Below are positions 37,712 to 46,948 of a stretch of 64,000 nucleotides of DNA, one piece after another. The DNA is from Klebsiella phage 05F01. A model generated the notes under the pieces. The model was given only the letters and a program-made list of their open reading frames with translations. It was not told where the DNA came from and searched no databases. The stretch lies in sequence record LC483177.1, one strand, 5' to 3'. A program made the position numbers and the translations under genes. How positions within the stretch are numbered: the stretch's first letter is position 1; each line of letters begins with the position of its first letter.

Positions 37712-38590
37712 TTAACATAAAATTTGTTTTTGAACTTCTTTCTGATTTTCTACCAGAACACCTGTAGTGTTGTCAACATTATTTTCCCAAACATTGAAAG
37801 AATGAATTTTATCAATGTAAGTTGAAAGAATATCCACTCCTTTAGAGAAGATACCATGAGTGACATACAACTCAACCTTACCAGCATTTCGTTCTTTAAG
37901 AACTTTTGCTAGTTCAATGAACGTCCTTCCTCCATCACAGATATCATCCACGATCATAAGATTCATTCCATCAAAATCCAATACAGGGATATTAGTCTTA
38001 ATGATTTCACCTGTCAAGGTGTCTCTTACTTTTTCTGCACAATGAACTTCTACACCAAGACGTTTACCAAGTTTGAAGATTTTCTTAAGAGCACCACCAT
38101 CAGGACTAACCAGATGGAAAAATTCTTGCTTAATCTTCCATGCCAACATATGGAATGCAACATCATCTTGTTCAATGACAGTAAGATTGTTAATCACTGC
38201 ACGTGACACATCACTGTGTGGGTCAACAACAATCACTTCATCAAATTTAAGGCTATTTAAAATGTTTGCGAAAGCTTTAACACCAAATGCCTCTCCTGGC
38301 TCACAGAATCGATCCTGGCGGGCGTAAGGGATATACATCATCCAAAGACACACCTTTACATCTAAACCTCTTACAACCTCATCCAGAGCGTTTTTGACCA
38401 TAACCAGTTCCATGAGGTCTTGGGAGTTCTTAACTTCATGATAGACAGAAACGGTTGTGCCAACTCCTACAAGCTTATCTACATCATTCATATCAAGCTT
38501 AACATGAACTTCTCCTCCAGAGAAAACAATCTTCTCACATCTAATTTCTTCTGTTAAATATGTATACTTATTAAAAACTTCAATCTTCAT
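37712..38590 (-). CDS. prs: ribose-phosphate pyrophosphokinase (PRPP synthetase)
   Basis: 292 aa with a PRPP-binding loop (MIVDDICDGGRTF) and a DPHS motif. Confidence 0.85.
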   Translation of the reverse strand: MKIEVFNKYTYLTEEIRCEKIVFSGGEVHVKLDMNDVDKLVGVGTTVSVYHEVKNSQDLMELVMVKNALDEVVRGLDVKVCLWMMYIPYARQDRFCEPGEAFGVKAFANILNSLKFDEVIVVDPHSDVSRAVINNLTVIEQDDVAFHMLAWKIKQEFFHLVSPDGGALKKIFKLGKRLGVEVHCAEKVRDTLTGEIIKTNIPVLDFDGMNLMIVDDICDGGRTFIELAKVLKERNAGKVELYVTHGIFSKGVDILSTYIDKIHSFNVWENNVDNTTGVLVENQKEVQKQILC

Positions 38591-38780
38591 TTTTTCCTCC
38601 TGTAGCTACTGTTGTAAACTCAACACCATCATGAATAAGATCATTCACGTAGGTGTTGTAGATTTCACCTTCAATCTCTTCAATAATCTCCCAATGACGA
38701 AGAAACTTATTCCAAGTAAGTTCATACTCTACACCTTCTTCAAGGTATGTTCCAGCCGAATTTATGATAATAATTTTCAT
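38580..38780 (-). CDS. hypothetical small protein
   Basis: 66-aa ORF, coupled within the leftward operon. Confidence 0.3.
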   Translation of the reverse strand: MKIIIINSAGTYLEEGVEYELTWNKFLRHWEIIEEIEGEIYNTYVNDLIHDGVEFTTVATGGKNED

Positions 38781-39040
38781 TAGTCTACCACCAGTTCTAC
38801 GTTAATTTTAGGTTTTACTTTCAGTTTAGGTCCATACCGCTGAATGATCCCACTTTCAAGGCAAACGACAAGGATATCCTCGTTTTCATCCGCAGTTTCA
38901 TCTGTTACCATAAAAACTTTATCCTTGTATGTGAATACAACACCTGCTACAAGGTTTCCTAACTCTTCACTACCAGTATCATTGTAAGTTATTTTCATTT
39001 CTTTCCTCTCATGTTGTTTGTGTTCAAACACTCTACTCAA
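38780..39040 (-). CDS. hypothetical small protein (first gene of leftward operon)
   Basis: 86 aa, directly downstream of the leftward promoter in the divergent region. Confidence 0.35.
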   Translation of the reverse strand: MSRVFEHKQHERKEMKITYNDTGSEELGNLVAGVVFTYKDKVFMVTDETADENEDILVVCLESGIIQRYGPKLKVKPKINVELVVD

Positions 39041-39058
39041 CTTTAAAAACTAAGTCAA
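39030..39058 (-). promoter_or_regulatory. leftward sigma70-like promoter TTGACT-N17-TAGAGT
   Basis: Minus strand reads TTTATTGACTTAGTTTTTAAAGTTGAGTAGAGT. An AT-rich UP-like repeat lies upstream. Confidence 0.45.
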
Positions 39059-39063
39059 TAAAA

Positions 39064-39080
39064 TTTTTATAAATAAAAAC
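39064..39080. repeat. direct repeat TTTTTATAAATAAAAAC (copy 1)
   Basis: Repeated at 39185-39202 within the divergent AT-rich control region. Confidence 0.5.
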
Positions 39081-39184
39081 ATAAAATCTTAGTACCACTT
39101 AACTAATAGAACTGGTTTGTACGTACAGAGTACTACCTAACCAAAAACCATAAAATCAAAACACTAAAAACACTAAATCTTTTA

Positions 39185-39202
39185 TTTTTTATAAATAAAA
39201 AA
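39185..39202. repeat. direct repeat TTTTTTATAAATAAAAAAC (copy 2)
   Basis: Near-identical to the copy at 39064-39080. Both are followed by AAAAYNTTAG. Confidence 0.5.
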
Positions 39203-39439
39203 CAAAACATTTAGAATATACTAAACTCATAACTCACTTCGTTCGTTATTCGTTAAGTATATTAAAAGATCTTTAAAATAACACAAAAAATTTATTTGTC
39301 AAGTCTTTTTACAAAAGTTTTTGCATAGTATCTAAAAGCTCTTAGAAGTAAGTATAAGAGGTTTTGTTTTTAAGTGATATGATTTATTGTTTAAGTTATT
39401 AAAATTGATTGTGGTTGGTCTGGTGCAGGATTTAGGCTA

Positions 39440-39468
39440 TTGACATTGTGCAAGCTGTGTAGTAAGAT
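39440..39468 (+). promoter_or_regulatory. rightward early promoter TTGACA-N17-TAAGAT
   Basis: TTGACATTGTGCAAGCTGTGTAGTAAGAT, about 15 nt upstream of the GGAGG RBS of the first plus-strand ORF. Confidence 0.55.
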
Positions 39469-39483
39469 GTTTGCACGTAACCA

Positions 39484-39678
39484 ATGGAGGAAAAGATGAC
39501 AAACCCAATTTATAAAGTGTTTTTTGATGGAGTTTTAACCAAGACTACCTTAAGCTATGAAGAAGCTAAAGTGTCATTTAGTGAATGGAAGGATTACATG
39601 CAGGCTTATCTCTGCTTTGATAAAGTGGTGCAGATCAAAAAAGATAATGAACTTCTGATGGAGTATACCCATGAGTGA
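39484..39678 (+). CDS. hypothetical early protein
   Basis: 64 aa with a GGAGG RBS. First gene of the rightward operon. Confidence 0.35.
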   Translation: MEEKMTNPIYKVFFDGVLTKTTLSYEEAKVSFSEWKDYMQAYLCFDKVVQIKKDNELLMEYTHE

Positions 39679-39895
39679 TAAATTATATTCTTGTATTGGT
39701 AAGGGTGGTGTGTATCAGATCATTGATAGTCCAACACCTGCTGGTAAGAGCAAAACGTATGAAAGTATTATTATTTATAAAGATGTAAATACAGAGATGA
39801 CTTTCTGGAGATTCAAGTCAGATTTCTATGATCGTATGGAGGAAATAAATGGCAAAAACACCGAAGAAGTCATCCGTTCAAAAGAAAGAACCTAA
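39671..39895 (+). CDS. hypothetical early protein
   Basis: 74-aa ORF overlapping its neighbours by a few nucleotides. Confidence 0.3.
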   Translation: MSDKLYSCIGKGGVYQIIDSPTPAGKSKTYESIIIYKDVNTEMTFWRFKSDFYDRMEEINGKNTEEVIRSKERT

Positions 39896-40172
39896 GACAT
39901 CATCTAAAAGCTCTTCTAAGCCAATTAGAAAGGAGAAGTTTGATACTGAGGCATTCGTATTCAATACCCCAATAAAACACATAGAAGAGGCTCTTGAGCG
40001 CTTAGAGGAGCAAGACAATGATGACATGGCTGAACCGCTAACTAAAGATCAGATATACTGGTGGGGAATTTGGACATTACAACTACCTGATGCAAAAAAG
40101 AGGGGATTAGAGACAGTTCCTACTTGTGCTAAGGAAAATGCTGTGTTAAAGTTACCTAAGATTAAAAAATGA
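39849..40172 (+). CDS. hypothetical Lys/Ser-rich protein
   Basis: 107 aa with a KKSSVQKKEPKTSSKSSSKPIRK low-complexity basic N-terminus. Confidence 0.3.
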   Translation: MAKTPKKSSVQKKEPKTSSKSSSKPIRKEKFDTEAFVFNTPIKHIEEALERLEEQDNDDMAEPLTKDQIYWWGIWTLQLPDAKKRGLETVPTCAKENAVLKLPKIKK

Positions 40173-40173
40173 G

Positions 40174-40365
40174 GTGATTATGAAACTAGCATATAGAGGT
40201 AGTGCAAAGTACATGAAAGGTCTTAATGTTGTAGATGTTGTTGGGGAACATAAGATTGGTTCAAATTTCACACTATATATTTTTTATGTTGGTGAAGACA
40301 GGTACTGTGTTTCTAAAAAATTAGTTGATAACAATAAAACTTGGGGGATTTTTAATGAAGATTAA
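40174..40365 (+). CDS. hypothetical early protein
   Basis: 63-aa ORF with a GAGGTG RBS. Confidence 0.3.
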   Translation: MIMKLAYRGSAKYMKGLNVVDVVGEHKIGSNFTLYIFYVGEDRYCVSKKLVDNNKTWGIFNED

Positions 40366-40654
40366 ACTAGTTCAAACTTGTGGTGCTTGCCCTGAACAAT
40401 ATGAAGCATTCATTTACAATAATGAAACACAAGAGTTTGATGAGATCGGGTACCTCCGTTTAAGACACGGATACTTCTATGCAGAATACCTCCCTACTGG
40501 AGACGTGGTTTATGATTCATACCCGCAAGGTGATGGATGTTTTGAAACAAATGAAAGACAGCACCACTTAGATAATGCATGTGAAGAGTTAATCAATGCA
40601 CATACAAAAGGTGGAGAATCAAAATACTATTACTTAGGTGATTATGATGAGTAA
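40325..40654 (+). CDS. hypothetical protein with Cys pair
   Basis: 109-aa ORF. Probable real start is MKIKLVQTCGACPEQYE. Confidence 0.3.
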   Translation: MITIKLGGFLMKIKLVQTCGACPEQYEAFIYNNETQEFDEIGYLRLRHGYFYAEYLPTGDVVYDSYPQGDGCFETNERQHHLDNACEELINAHTKGGESKYYYLGDYDE

Positions 40655-40967
40655 ACATATCATTAAATATGACTGGATTAATGGAGTTAAACTTAAACAC
40701 CATGAAATCATCACATGGTGTGGTGCAGAACCTGGTTGGTTGTTCCAAGATGCACAACATGCTATTCTGAGTGTAGAACAAGGAAGTCGTGTTCTGCCAT
40801 GCAAAGAATGTATGAAATCTATTTTAGAGGTCTTAATTTCTGGTCTAGGTGGAGATGAAATTAAACCGCTGGAGTATGATGGGACAAATAAACCTGTAAC
40901 TGCTATGGACCTGATCCTTAAAAAACAGAAAACATATGAGGAGTCTAAAAATGAAAAAAGTAACTAA
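40638..40967 (+). CDS. hypothetical early protein
   Basis: 109-aa ORF containing a CKEC motif. Confidence 0.3.
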   Translation: MIMMSKHIIKYDWINGVKLKHHEIITWCGAEPGWLFQDAQHAILSVEQGSRVLPCKECMKSILEVLISGLGGDEIKPLEYDGTNKPVTAMDLILKKQKTYEESKNEKSN

Positions 40968-41214
40968 TTATGTTTTTGAAGTTGGTGATGTATTTATAGG
41001 AACTGACTTTTCTAATGGAAAAGGGGTTTATCTTGATAAAGATTTAGGGGCTGTGTGTAGTAATTTAAGTGCCTATGTTATAACTGATACTGGAAGTATT
41101 TATGACGATATTGATATGATAGGTAGTGGTAAAAGCTTTTACATTTCAAGTGACTATTTAACATCCCTTATTGATGATGGTTATCTTAAACATATTGGAG
41201 AAGTCTCACTATGA
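40936..41214 (+). CDS. hypothetical early protein
   Basis: 92-aa ORF. Confidence 0.3.
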   Translation: MRSLKMKKVTNYVFEVGDVFIGTDFSNGKGVYLDKDLGAVCSNLSAYVITDTGSIYDDIDMIGSGKSFYISSDYLTSLIDDGYLKHIGEVSL

Positions 41215-41429
41215 CATGTAGATTCTTTAATGGAGCTATAATTTGTTTCAACCCATCTTATAGATTAAGAACTGGTGATGGTGGATATGTCTATATGGAT
41301 TGGCATCACTATTGTGGTCCCACATTCTATAAAGATAAAAGGTTAACCAAAGAAGTTGAAGATTGGTGGGAAAATGAATACATATGCAAAGCATTAGATT
41401 GGTTTATTCACCGAGGGGAAAGGGCATGA
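41211..41429 (+). CDS. hypothetical early protein
   Basis: 72-aa ORF, ATGA-coupled. Confidence 0.3.
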   Translation: MTCRFFNGAIICFNPSYRLRTGDGGYVYMDWHHYCGPTFYKDKRLTKEVEDWWENEYICKALDWFIHRGERA

Positions 41430-41779
41430 AAGTTATTTGGTTGGATGACTTAAGAGATCCAAAAGATTATGGGTATCCTCATGCTATTTGGTTTAAAACT
41501 TCACAGGAAATACTTAACTCACATTATCTGAGTAGTCTGCAAAAAGGGTATCGTTTTGTTGATGAGTGGCATTTTGACAACGACTTAGGTGAAGAATCTT
41601 ACCAAGATGGTTATGATGTATTCAAAGTACTTGAAGAACTTCTGGTGTTTGGTAAACCGTGCTTCGGGAATCCCAAAATCTACGTGCATACATCAAATCC
41701 TTCTGCTGCTAACAAATTTATGCTTGCAAAAGATAGCATGGAAAGGTATGGTGTAGAAATTAAGAGAGTCAACTATTAA
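41384..41779 (+). CDS. hypothetical protein
   Basis: 131-aa ORF. A likelier start is the MKVIWLDD Met, preceded by GGGGAAAGGG. Confidence 0.3.
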   Translation: MQSIRLVYSPRGKGMKVIWLDDLRDPKDYGYPHAIWFKTSQEILNSHYLSSLQKGYRFVDEWHFDNDLGEESYQDGYDVFKVLEELLVFGKPCFGNPKIYVHTSNPSAANKFMLAKDSMERYGVEIKRVNY

Positions 41780-41791
41780 CAGGGGGCTGGT

Positions 41792-42073
41792 ATGAGAGAA
41801 ATAACAACCTGTGGTGGTAAATACAAGACCATATTAACAGATGACGGAAAGTTAATTATTGAAAGATATGGTAATGAGTGGAGAAATGAGACTGGTGACG
41901 GGTACATTCTATCACTAATACATCGTATAGAAGAGTTAGAGTCATCAATTAATGGCATAATTAATTGGCCTGAATTAGATGTTTATTCAAGTGCATGGGA
42001 GTTTTGTTATTATGATGGTGAAGAAGCTATGGCTAAGTTAGGGGAGGCTCTAAATGGAGGTAAATGCTCCTAA
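41792..42073 (+). CDS. hypothetical early protein
   Basis: 93-aa ORF with a GGGGG RBS. Confidence 0.3.
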   Translation: MREITTCGGKYKTILTDDGKLIIERYGNEWRNETGDGYILSLIHRIEELESSINGIINWPELDVYSSAWEFCYYDGEEAMAKLGEALNGGKCS

Positions 42074-42413
42074 TATTTGTTACCAACATCTCTATTGGAT
42101 TCAGGATGAAGAGACTTACGCACAACGTGTCATCGTATGTGCTGCCAATAAGTACACTTTGACAAATGGTGAAGAATTGGTTGTTCCTTGCGTGAGACAT
42201 ACTAATCCTGTATTATCCCAACAGATAAAAGTTCTAATGGATGCTGGTTTGTTGGAGAAAGGTTGGTGTCTTCCCGATGATCAAGGCTTCATTGATCAGT
42301 ATTATAACTGGTGGAGTCGCGAAGATGCGTATATCATCGCAGAAGCAGCGAATCAGATTAACCATGAAAGAAACGGTCATCACCGTGACCTATTTAGTGA
42401 GGGATTATATTAA
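42054..42413 (+). CDS. hypothetical early protein
   Basis: 119-aa ORF. Confidence 0.3.
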   Translation: MEVNAPNICYQHLYWIQDEETYAQRVIVCAANKYTLTNGEELVVPCVRHTNPVLSQQIKVLMDAGLLEKGWCLPDDQGFIDQYYNWWSREDAYIIAEAANQINHERNGHHRDLFSEGLY

Positions 42414-42904
42414 TGAGAGATATTCTTACAGAACTAGGAGTAAACCACTGTAGTCATAAACTTAAAGATGACTGGTTAGATTACTATGCAACTAATTATG
42501 TGCAATGCCGTAAAAGCTTTAGTGAAGCTTTATCCCATGTTCAAGAGTTATTTAATGTAAAAGAAGATGAAGTTTTGGCTAAAACATATACAATAAGTTC
42601 TTATGATTACACTAACCCAGAGTTTATGTTAAAATTTTGGAAAGATGTTAATCAGTTCATTAAAGAAAATACATCAGAGGACTGGACTTTTTCTTGTATT
42701 ACTGTTGAAGATACTGAAAAATTCCTAGATCAATATGATGATTTTGGTGAAGATTGTAAAGAAATAAGTGTTTATGCTTATGTTAAAAGCTTTGACCAGT
42801 TTACATCACAAGAGCAAAAAGATGCGATCAATACAATGAGGTATTGTGAGATGAAGCTGAAAGAAGCAAAAGAAAGTTTGGATAACTACAAAAGGGTGAA
42901 ATAA
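42413..42904 (+). CDS. hypothetical early protein
   Basis: 163-aa acidic ORF. Confidence 0.3.
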   Translation: MRDILTELGVNHCSHKLKDDWLDYYATNYVQCRKSFSEALSHVQELFNVKEDEVLAKTYTISSYDYTNPEFMLKFWKDVNQFIKENTSEDWTFSCITVEDTEKFLDQYDDFGEDCKEISVYAYVKSFDQFTSQEQKDAINTMRYCEMKLKEAKESLDNYKRVK

Positions 42905-42906
42905 CT

Positions 42907-43446
42907 ATGTATGTAACCTCAGACTTACATTTCTTTCATAAGAATGTTCTTGATTTTCAGAGTCATACAAGGCCATTTAAAGACATTGATGAAATGAATC
43001 AAGCTTATGTAGACCATTGGAATTCTCTCGCTGTAAAGAGTGTAATTAAAATGTTTCATCTAGGGGACTTTAGTTTTGGCGGTCCTTCCCAAACAGAGGA
43101 GGTTGCATCTCAACTTAAAGGTGATATTATATTTTTAAAAGGTAACCATGACCGCTTACATACGATTAAAGTACTTGAGAAGTATGGTGAGGTAAAGGAC
43201 TACCATGAAGAGAAGTACAAGAAACATTTATTCTGCATGATGCATTACCCTATCTATGAGTGGAATAAACAACATCATGGATCTTTCATGCTTCATGGAC
43301 ACTGCCACGGAAAAATGGTAGAGTCAGAAGAATCTAGGGGAAGGACTATGGATGTTGGTATAGATGTTCATGGAAGATTCTTGCATTTTGACGAGATAAT
43401 CGACAAACTAACTGAACGTGAAATTGTAACTGCTTGGGGTAGATAA
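42907..43446 (+). CDS. metallophosphoesterase (calcineurin-like Ser/Thr phosphatase or phosphodiesterase)
   Basis: Motifs D-x-H (SDLHFFH), GD (HLGDFSFGG) and GNHD (LKGNHD) in canonical order; 179 aa. Confidence 0.6.
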   Translation: MYVTSDLHFFHKNVLDFQSHTRPFKDIDEMNQAYVDHWNSLAVKSVIKMFHLGDFSFGGPSQTEEVASQLKGDIIFLKGNHDRLHTIKVLEKYGEVKDYHEEKYKKHLFCMMHYPIYEWNKQHHGSFMLHGHCHGKMVESEESRGRTMDVGIDVHGRFLHFDEIIDKLTEREIVTAWGR

Positions 43447-43631
43447 TGAAGAAGTTATATGTTGTGATTAAAGATTCACTTCTTGCTTCTTTTCAAGAAG
43501 GTGATAAAATTGAGGTTGAATGGGATAGAGAGGATGAACCATTTATCCGAAGTATTCGTGACTATGATGATGTCGTTGAATTTAATCACTTAGTTTATCA
43601 CCATGTATTATTTGAAGTTATTAAGGAGTGA
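43446..43631 (+). CDS. hypothetical early protein
   Basis: 61-aa ORF, coupled to its neighbours. Confidence 0.25.
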   Translation: MKKLYVVIKDSLLASFQEGDKIEVEWDREDEPFIRSIRDYDDVVEFNHLVYHHVLFEVIKE

Positions 43632-43852
43632 TGATGAATCTTTATGTTAGTTTTGGTCAGCAATATAATCTAAGAAACTCCCTAATGAAATTCTCTGGTA
43701 TGACAGAGGAACAAGTTAGAAAATATATGATAGAAGTTTATAAAAATAAATATGCTTTTATCTACAAAGAAGAGGATGCATTAAAACAAATTGATTTCTT
43801 TTGTTTATCCGTAGTGTATCCAGGTGAAGACTTGTACGAGAGGGTAAATTAA
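43628..43852 (+). CDS. hypothetical early protein
   Basis: 74-aa ORF. Confidence 0.25.
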   Translation: MMMNLYVSFGQQYNLRNSLMKFSGMTEEQVRKYMIEVYKNKYAFIYKEEDALKQIDFFCLSVVYPGEDLYERVN

Positions 43853-43853
43853 T

Positions 43854-44105
43854 ATGGCAGGATATCATTTAGATGAAATTAAAAAACGTAGATATGGTAG
43901 TTTAGGTAAAATTCAAGAGGAAGTAGAAGAAATCTTAGATGCACATCGTCAAGGTAGTCATGTTATGATCCTTGTTGAGCTTTCAGATTTATATGGAGCT
44001 ATTGAAGGATTTCTTGAAGAAAACTACCCATCAATGAAGATGTCTGATCTTAAGAAATTCTCAGATATCACTAAACGTGCTTTTGAAGGTGGGTATAGAA
44101 AATGA
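43854..44105 (+). CDS. MazG-like nucleotide pyrophosphohydrolase (small)
   Basis: EEVEEILDA ... LVELSDLYGAIE matches the MazG E-E-x-x-E / E-x-x-D signature; 83 aa. Confidence 0.45.
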   Translation: MAGYHLDEIKKRRYGSLGKIQEEVEEILDAHRQGSHVMILVELSDLYGAIEGFLEENYPSMKMSDLKKFSDITKRAFEGGYRK

Positions 44106-44683
44106 ACATTAATTTAGACCTTATAACTAGTGCTATCTCTTGGTGGGAGGAGATTGATTTCTCAACATGCAGTAGTGTTCCTTATCTGGTAGATCCAGAT
44201 ATCATGGCATTTACATGCCCACCAGGTGTGATAGATAAGAGAATGACACATTCAAACGGTAAACAGTATGTTGCATCTGCTGAACAGTCATTCCTTCAGA
44301 TGGAAAAAGATGGTAATATCCCTTATACAAATAACAAAAAGTATATGGCACTGACACCTTGCTATCGTGATGAAGCAGTTTTAGATGAATTCCATTACAA
44401 CATCTTTCTGAAACTTGAGTTATTTGTTTATCATGTAGTTATTGAAGAAGAGGTTGACTATGGGCTTGCTTGTGAGTTACAATCTTTCTTCAACACGTAC
44501 GGTATGCAAACTGAAATAGTTAGAACTGATATTGGATGGGATGTTGAATACAAAGGACTGGAACTAGGTAGTTTTGGTTATAGAGAATCCCCTAAAGGTG
44601 TTCTTTATGTTTATGGCACAGGGCTTGCAGAGCCACGTGCATCAATCGCAATGGCAATGAATGAGGGTGTATATGGCTGCTAG
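44102..44683 (+). CDS. hypothetical protein
   Basis: 193-aa ORF. Confidence 0.3.
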   Translation: MNINLDLITSAISWWEEIDFSTCSSVPYLVDPDIMAFTCPPGVIDKRMTHSNGKQYVASAEQSFLQMEKDGNIPYTNNKKYMALTPCYRDEAVLDEFHYNIFLKLELFVYHVVIEEEVDYGLACELQSFFNTYGMQTEIVRTDIGWDVEYKGLELGSFGYRESPKGVLYVYGTGLAEPRASIAMAMNEGVYGC

Positions 44684-44891
44684 TGTATGTTTAATTGGTT
44701 TTGGTGGAGAAGCTGCTTTATTTTGTTTTGATGATGCAAGTGATTTATTTTCTATTACACAAGAAATTCAATATGAGTATGAAAGAAATCCTTTCCAAGT
44801 CAAAGAATTTATGGTTTGTTGCACAACAAAATATTATGAAGATAGTATTATTGATGAAGTATCAGAATTACTAGAGGAGATTGGTATTTGA
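44661..44891 (+). CDS. hypothetical protein
   Basis: 76-aa ORF. Confidence 0.25.
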   Translation: MRVYMAASVCLIGFGGEAALFCFDDASDLFSITQEIQYEYERNPFQVKEFMVCCTTKYYEDSIIDEVSELLEEIGI

Positions 44892-46198
44892 AACAGATTA
44901 AAACAACACTTTATGCACTGAATAAAAATGGTTCACATCAAAAATGGCATGTTTATGTAGATGGAAACACTATTCTTGTCCACTTTGGTCAGGATGGTGG
45001 AGCTACTCAAGTTAAGAAAACAGTATGCACAGGTAAAAATGTAGGTCGTTCAAATGAAACAACTGACGAAGAGCAAGCTGTTCTGGAAGCTATCTCTAAG
45101 TGGGAAAAGCAAGTTCGTCTTGGGTATAAGGAATCTAAAGAGGAACTAGTAACTGATTTTGTTATGTCTCCTATGCTTGCATGTGATGCTCTTAAAAAAC
45201 CTAATGCAATCAAATATCCTTGCTTTGGTCAACCTAAGCTTGATGGACTTCGTTGCTTAGTTACATTTGATGAGAATGGCACTCCTATTTTTAATAGTCG
45301 AGGCAATAAAGAGTATGCTATTAAAGGTAAGATTGTAGAGCAAATTAAAGATATCAAAGAAAAAACTAACTTCGATATGCTTGATGGTGAAGTGTATATT
45401 CATGGTTTGCCTTTACAGAAAATCGTTGCATTAGTTAAGAAGTGGCGTACCCATTCCGATATTGAAATTGAGATTGAAAAAGATTATCAAGGTGATATCA
45501 AACGTCGAAACAAAGCAATTAAAGATGGAGCGCCAACATATAAAAACTTTGCAAAACTTGAAGTTTCAGTTGACACTATTCCAGAGAAAGATATTCATCG
45601 ATATGGTGGATATGAGAGTGCAGACTTACAATTCCATATTTTTGATGTTCCAAGTGATCTGGAGTGGGACCCTATTGCAGACCCAGAGGCATCCTATTTA
45701 GACTACTCCCTAGAAGAATCTAGATGTAGATATTCAGACCTTATGGATCTAGATATCATTTCATCTGATATGTCACATATCAAAGTTGTTATGGGTAATT
45801 ACTATAACACTGAAGAAGAAGTTAAGGCTGCTATAGGTTTCTTTATGGAAAATGGTTATGAAGGAATCATTGTAAGAAACCTTGATGGAGTATATGAATT
45901 TGGTCAACGTTCAAATGATTTAATCAAATGGAAGATCTTCCAGACTACAGAAGCTTTTGTTAATGGATATACTATTGACAAAAACAATGAACTTCTGTTA
46001 GAATGTGTCCTTAAATCAGGTGTGGAGTTTGGTGTTAAAATGAAAGGTTCACATGCATACCGTAGCACATGCACACACTTAGTAAATAACTTCATTACAA
46101 TAAGTTTCCAAGCATATACTGTTGATGGTGCACCTCAATTCGCAGTAGGAATTTCTGAACGTGATGTAAACCCAGAGACTTGGGAACCATTAGAATAA
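44888..46198 (+). CDS. ATP-dependent DNA ligase
   Basis: Adenylation motif I KxDGxR (QPKLDGLRCLV); 436 aa; nucleotidyltransferase plus OB-fold architecture. Confidence 0.8.
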   Translation: MKQIKTTLYALNKNGSHQKWHVYVDGNTILVHFGQDGGATQVKKTVCTGKNVGRSNETTDEEQAVLEAISKWEKQVRLGYKESKEELVTDFVMSPMLACDALKKPNAIKYPCFGQPKLDGLRCLVTFDENGTPIFNSRGNKEYAIKGKIVEQIKDIKEKTNFDMLDGEVYIHGLPLQKIVALVKKWRTHSDIEIEIEKDYQGDIKRRNKAIKDGAPTYKNFAKLEVSVDTIPEKDIHRYGGYESADLQFHIFDVPSDLEWDPIADPEASYLDYSLEESRCRYSDLMDLDIISSDMSHIKVVMGNYYNTEEEVKAAIGFFMENGYEGIIVRNLDGVYEFGQRSNDLIKWKIFQTTEAFVNGYTIDKNNELLLECVLKSGVEFGVKMKGSHAYRSTCTHLVNNFITISFQAYTVDGAPQFAVGISERDVNPETWEPLE

Positions 46199-46214
46199 TA
46201 AATAAGGAGAGAAA

Positions 46215-46943
46215 GTGATTAAAGATTTCTTTAAAGATATTAAAGTAGATAATAATTTTTACATTGAATGCGCAAATAAAGTTGTAGAATGGAACCAAAC
46301 TGCACAAGGTGTGTCTTCTAGTGAAGATGAGGACTTTTCAAATGAGAAGTTTCTTCTACAGATTAAACTTGTCGAAGAAGAATTAAAAGAGTACCGTGAT
46401 GCAGCTAATGTTAATGACCATGTAGAACTGCTTGATGCAGCAGGAGATATTTTTGTTGTGGCATCTTATCTATCTTATATGTTCTTTGGTAATGCAGCCA
46501 TTAATGATGTTCTAACTCAACCTGTAGGTGATCGTCTTGCAGATGATCCATACGAAACATTCATTAAGTCACAAGAATTTATGGATAAGACATCAGAGAA
46601 TTCTAGCTTTGGTCTTGGTATGTTAGCTTGTGCTGTAACACGTATGGCACGTGATACACTTGTTAAATCTGTGTATAACGATAAAAAAGTTATGAAGGAA
46701 ATTCTTCGTAGTAATTACTCAAAATTCCCTACTGCAAAAGTATTAATTAATAAGTGGGAAGTAGGTACTATAGAAGAAGCATTGAAAATTGAGGTTGATT
46801 GGATTGAAGAGAATCGCGATTACTCTGGTATTACATACAAATTTAATCCTACAAATGGTTTGTATGTTTTCTTTGATGAAAATGGTAAGATCATGAAACC
46901 TTCTGTATTCAGCGGTCCAGACATCAAATCTATTGTTGGCTAA
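46215..46943 (+). CDS. MazG-like NTP pyrophosphatase
   Basis: LVEEELKEYRDA ... ELLDAAGDIFVVASYL matches the MazG catalytic-helix signature; 242 aa. Confidence 0.45.
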   Translation: MIKDFFKDIKVDNNFYIECANKVVEWNQTAQGVSSSEDEDFSNEKFLLQIKLVEEELKEYRDAANVNDHVELLDAAGDIFVVASYLSYMFFGNAAINDVLTQPVGDRLADDPYETFIKSQEFMDKTSENSSFGLGMLACAVTRMARDTLVKSVYNDKKVMKEILRSNYSKFPTAKVLINKWEVGTIEEALKIEVDWIEENRDYSGITYKFNPTNGLYVFFDENGKIMKPSVFSGPDIKSIVG

Positions 46944-46948
46944 TGAGA

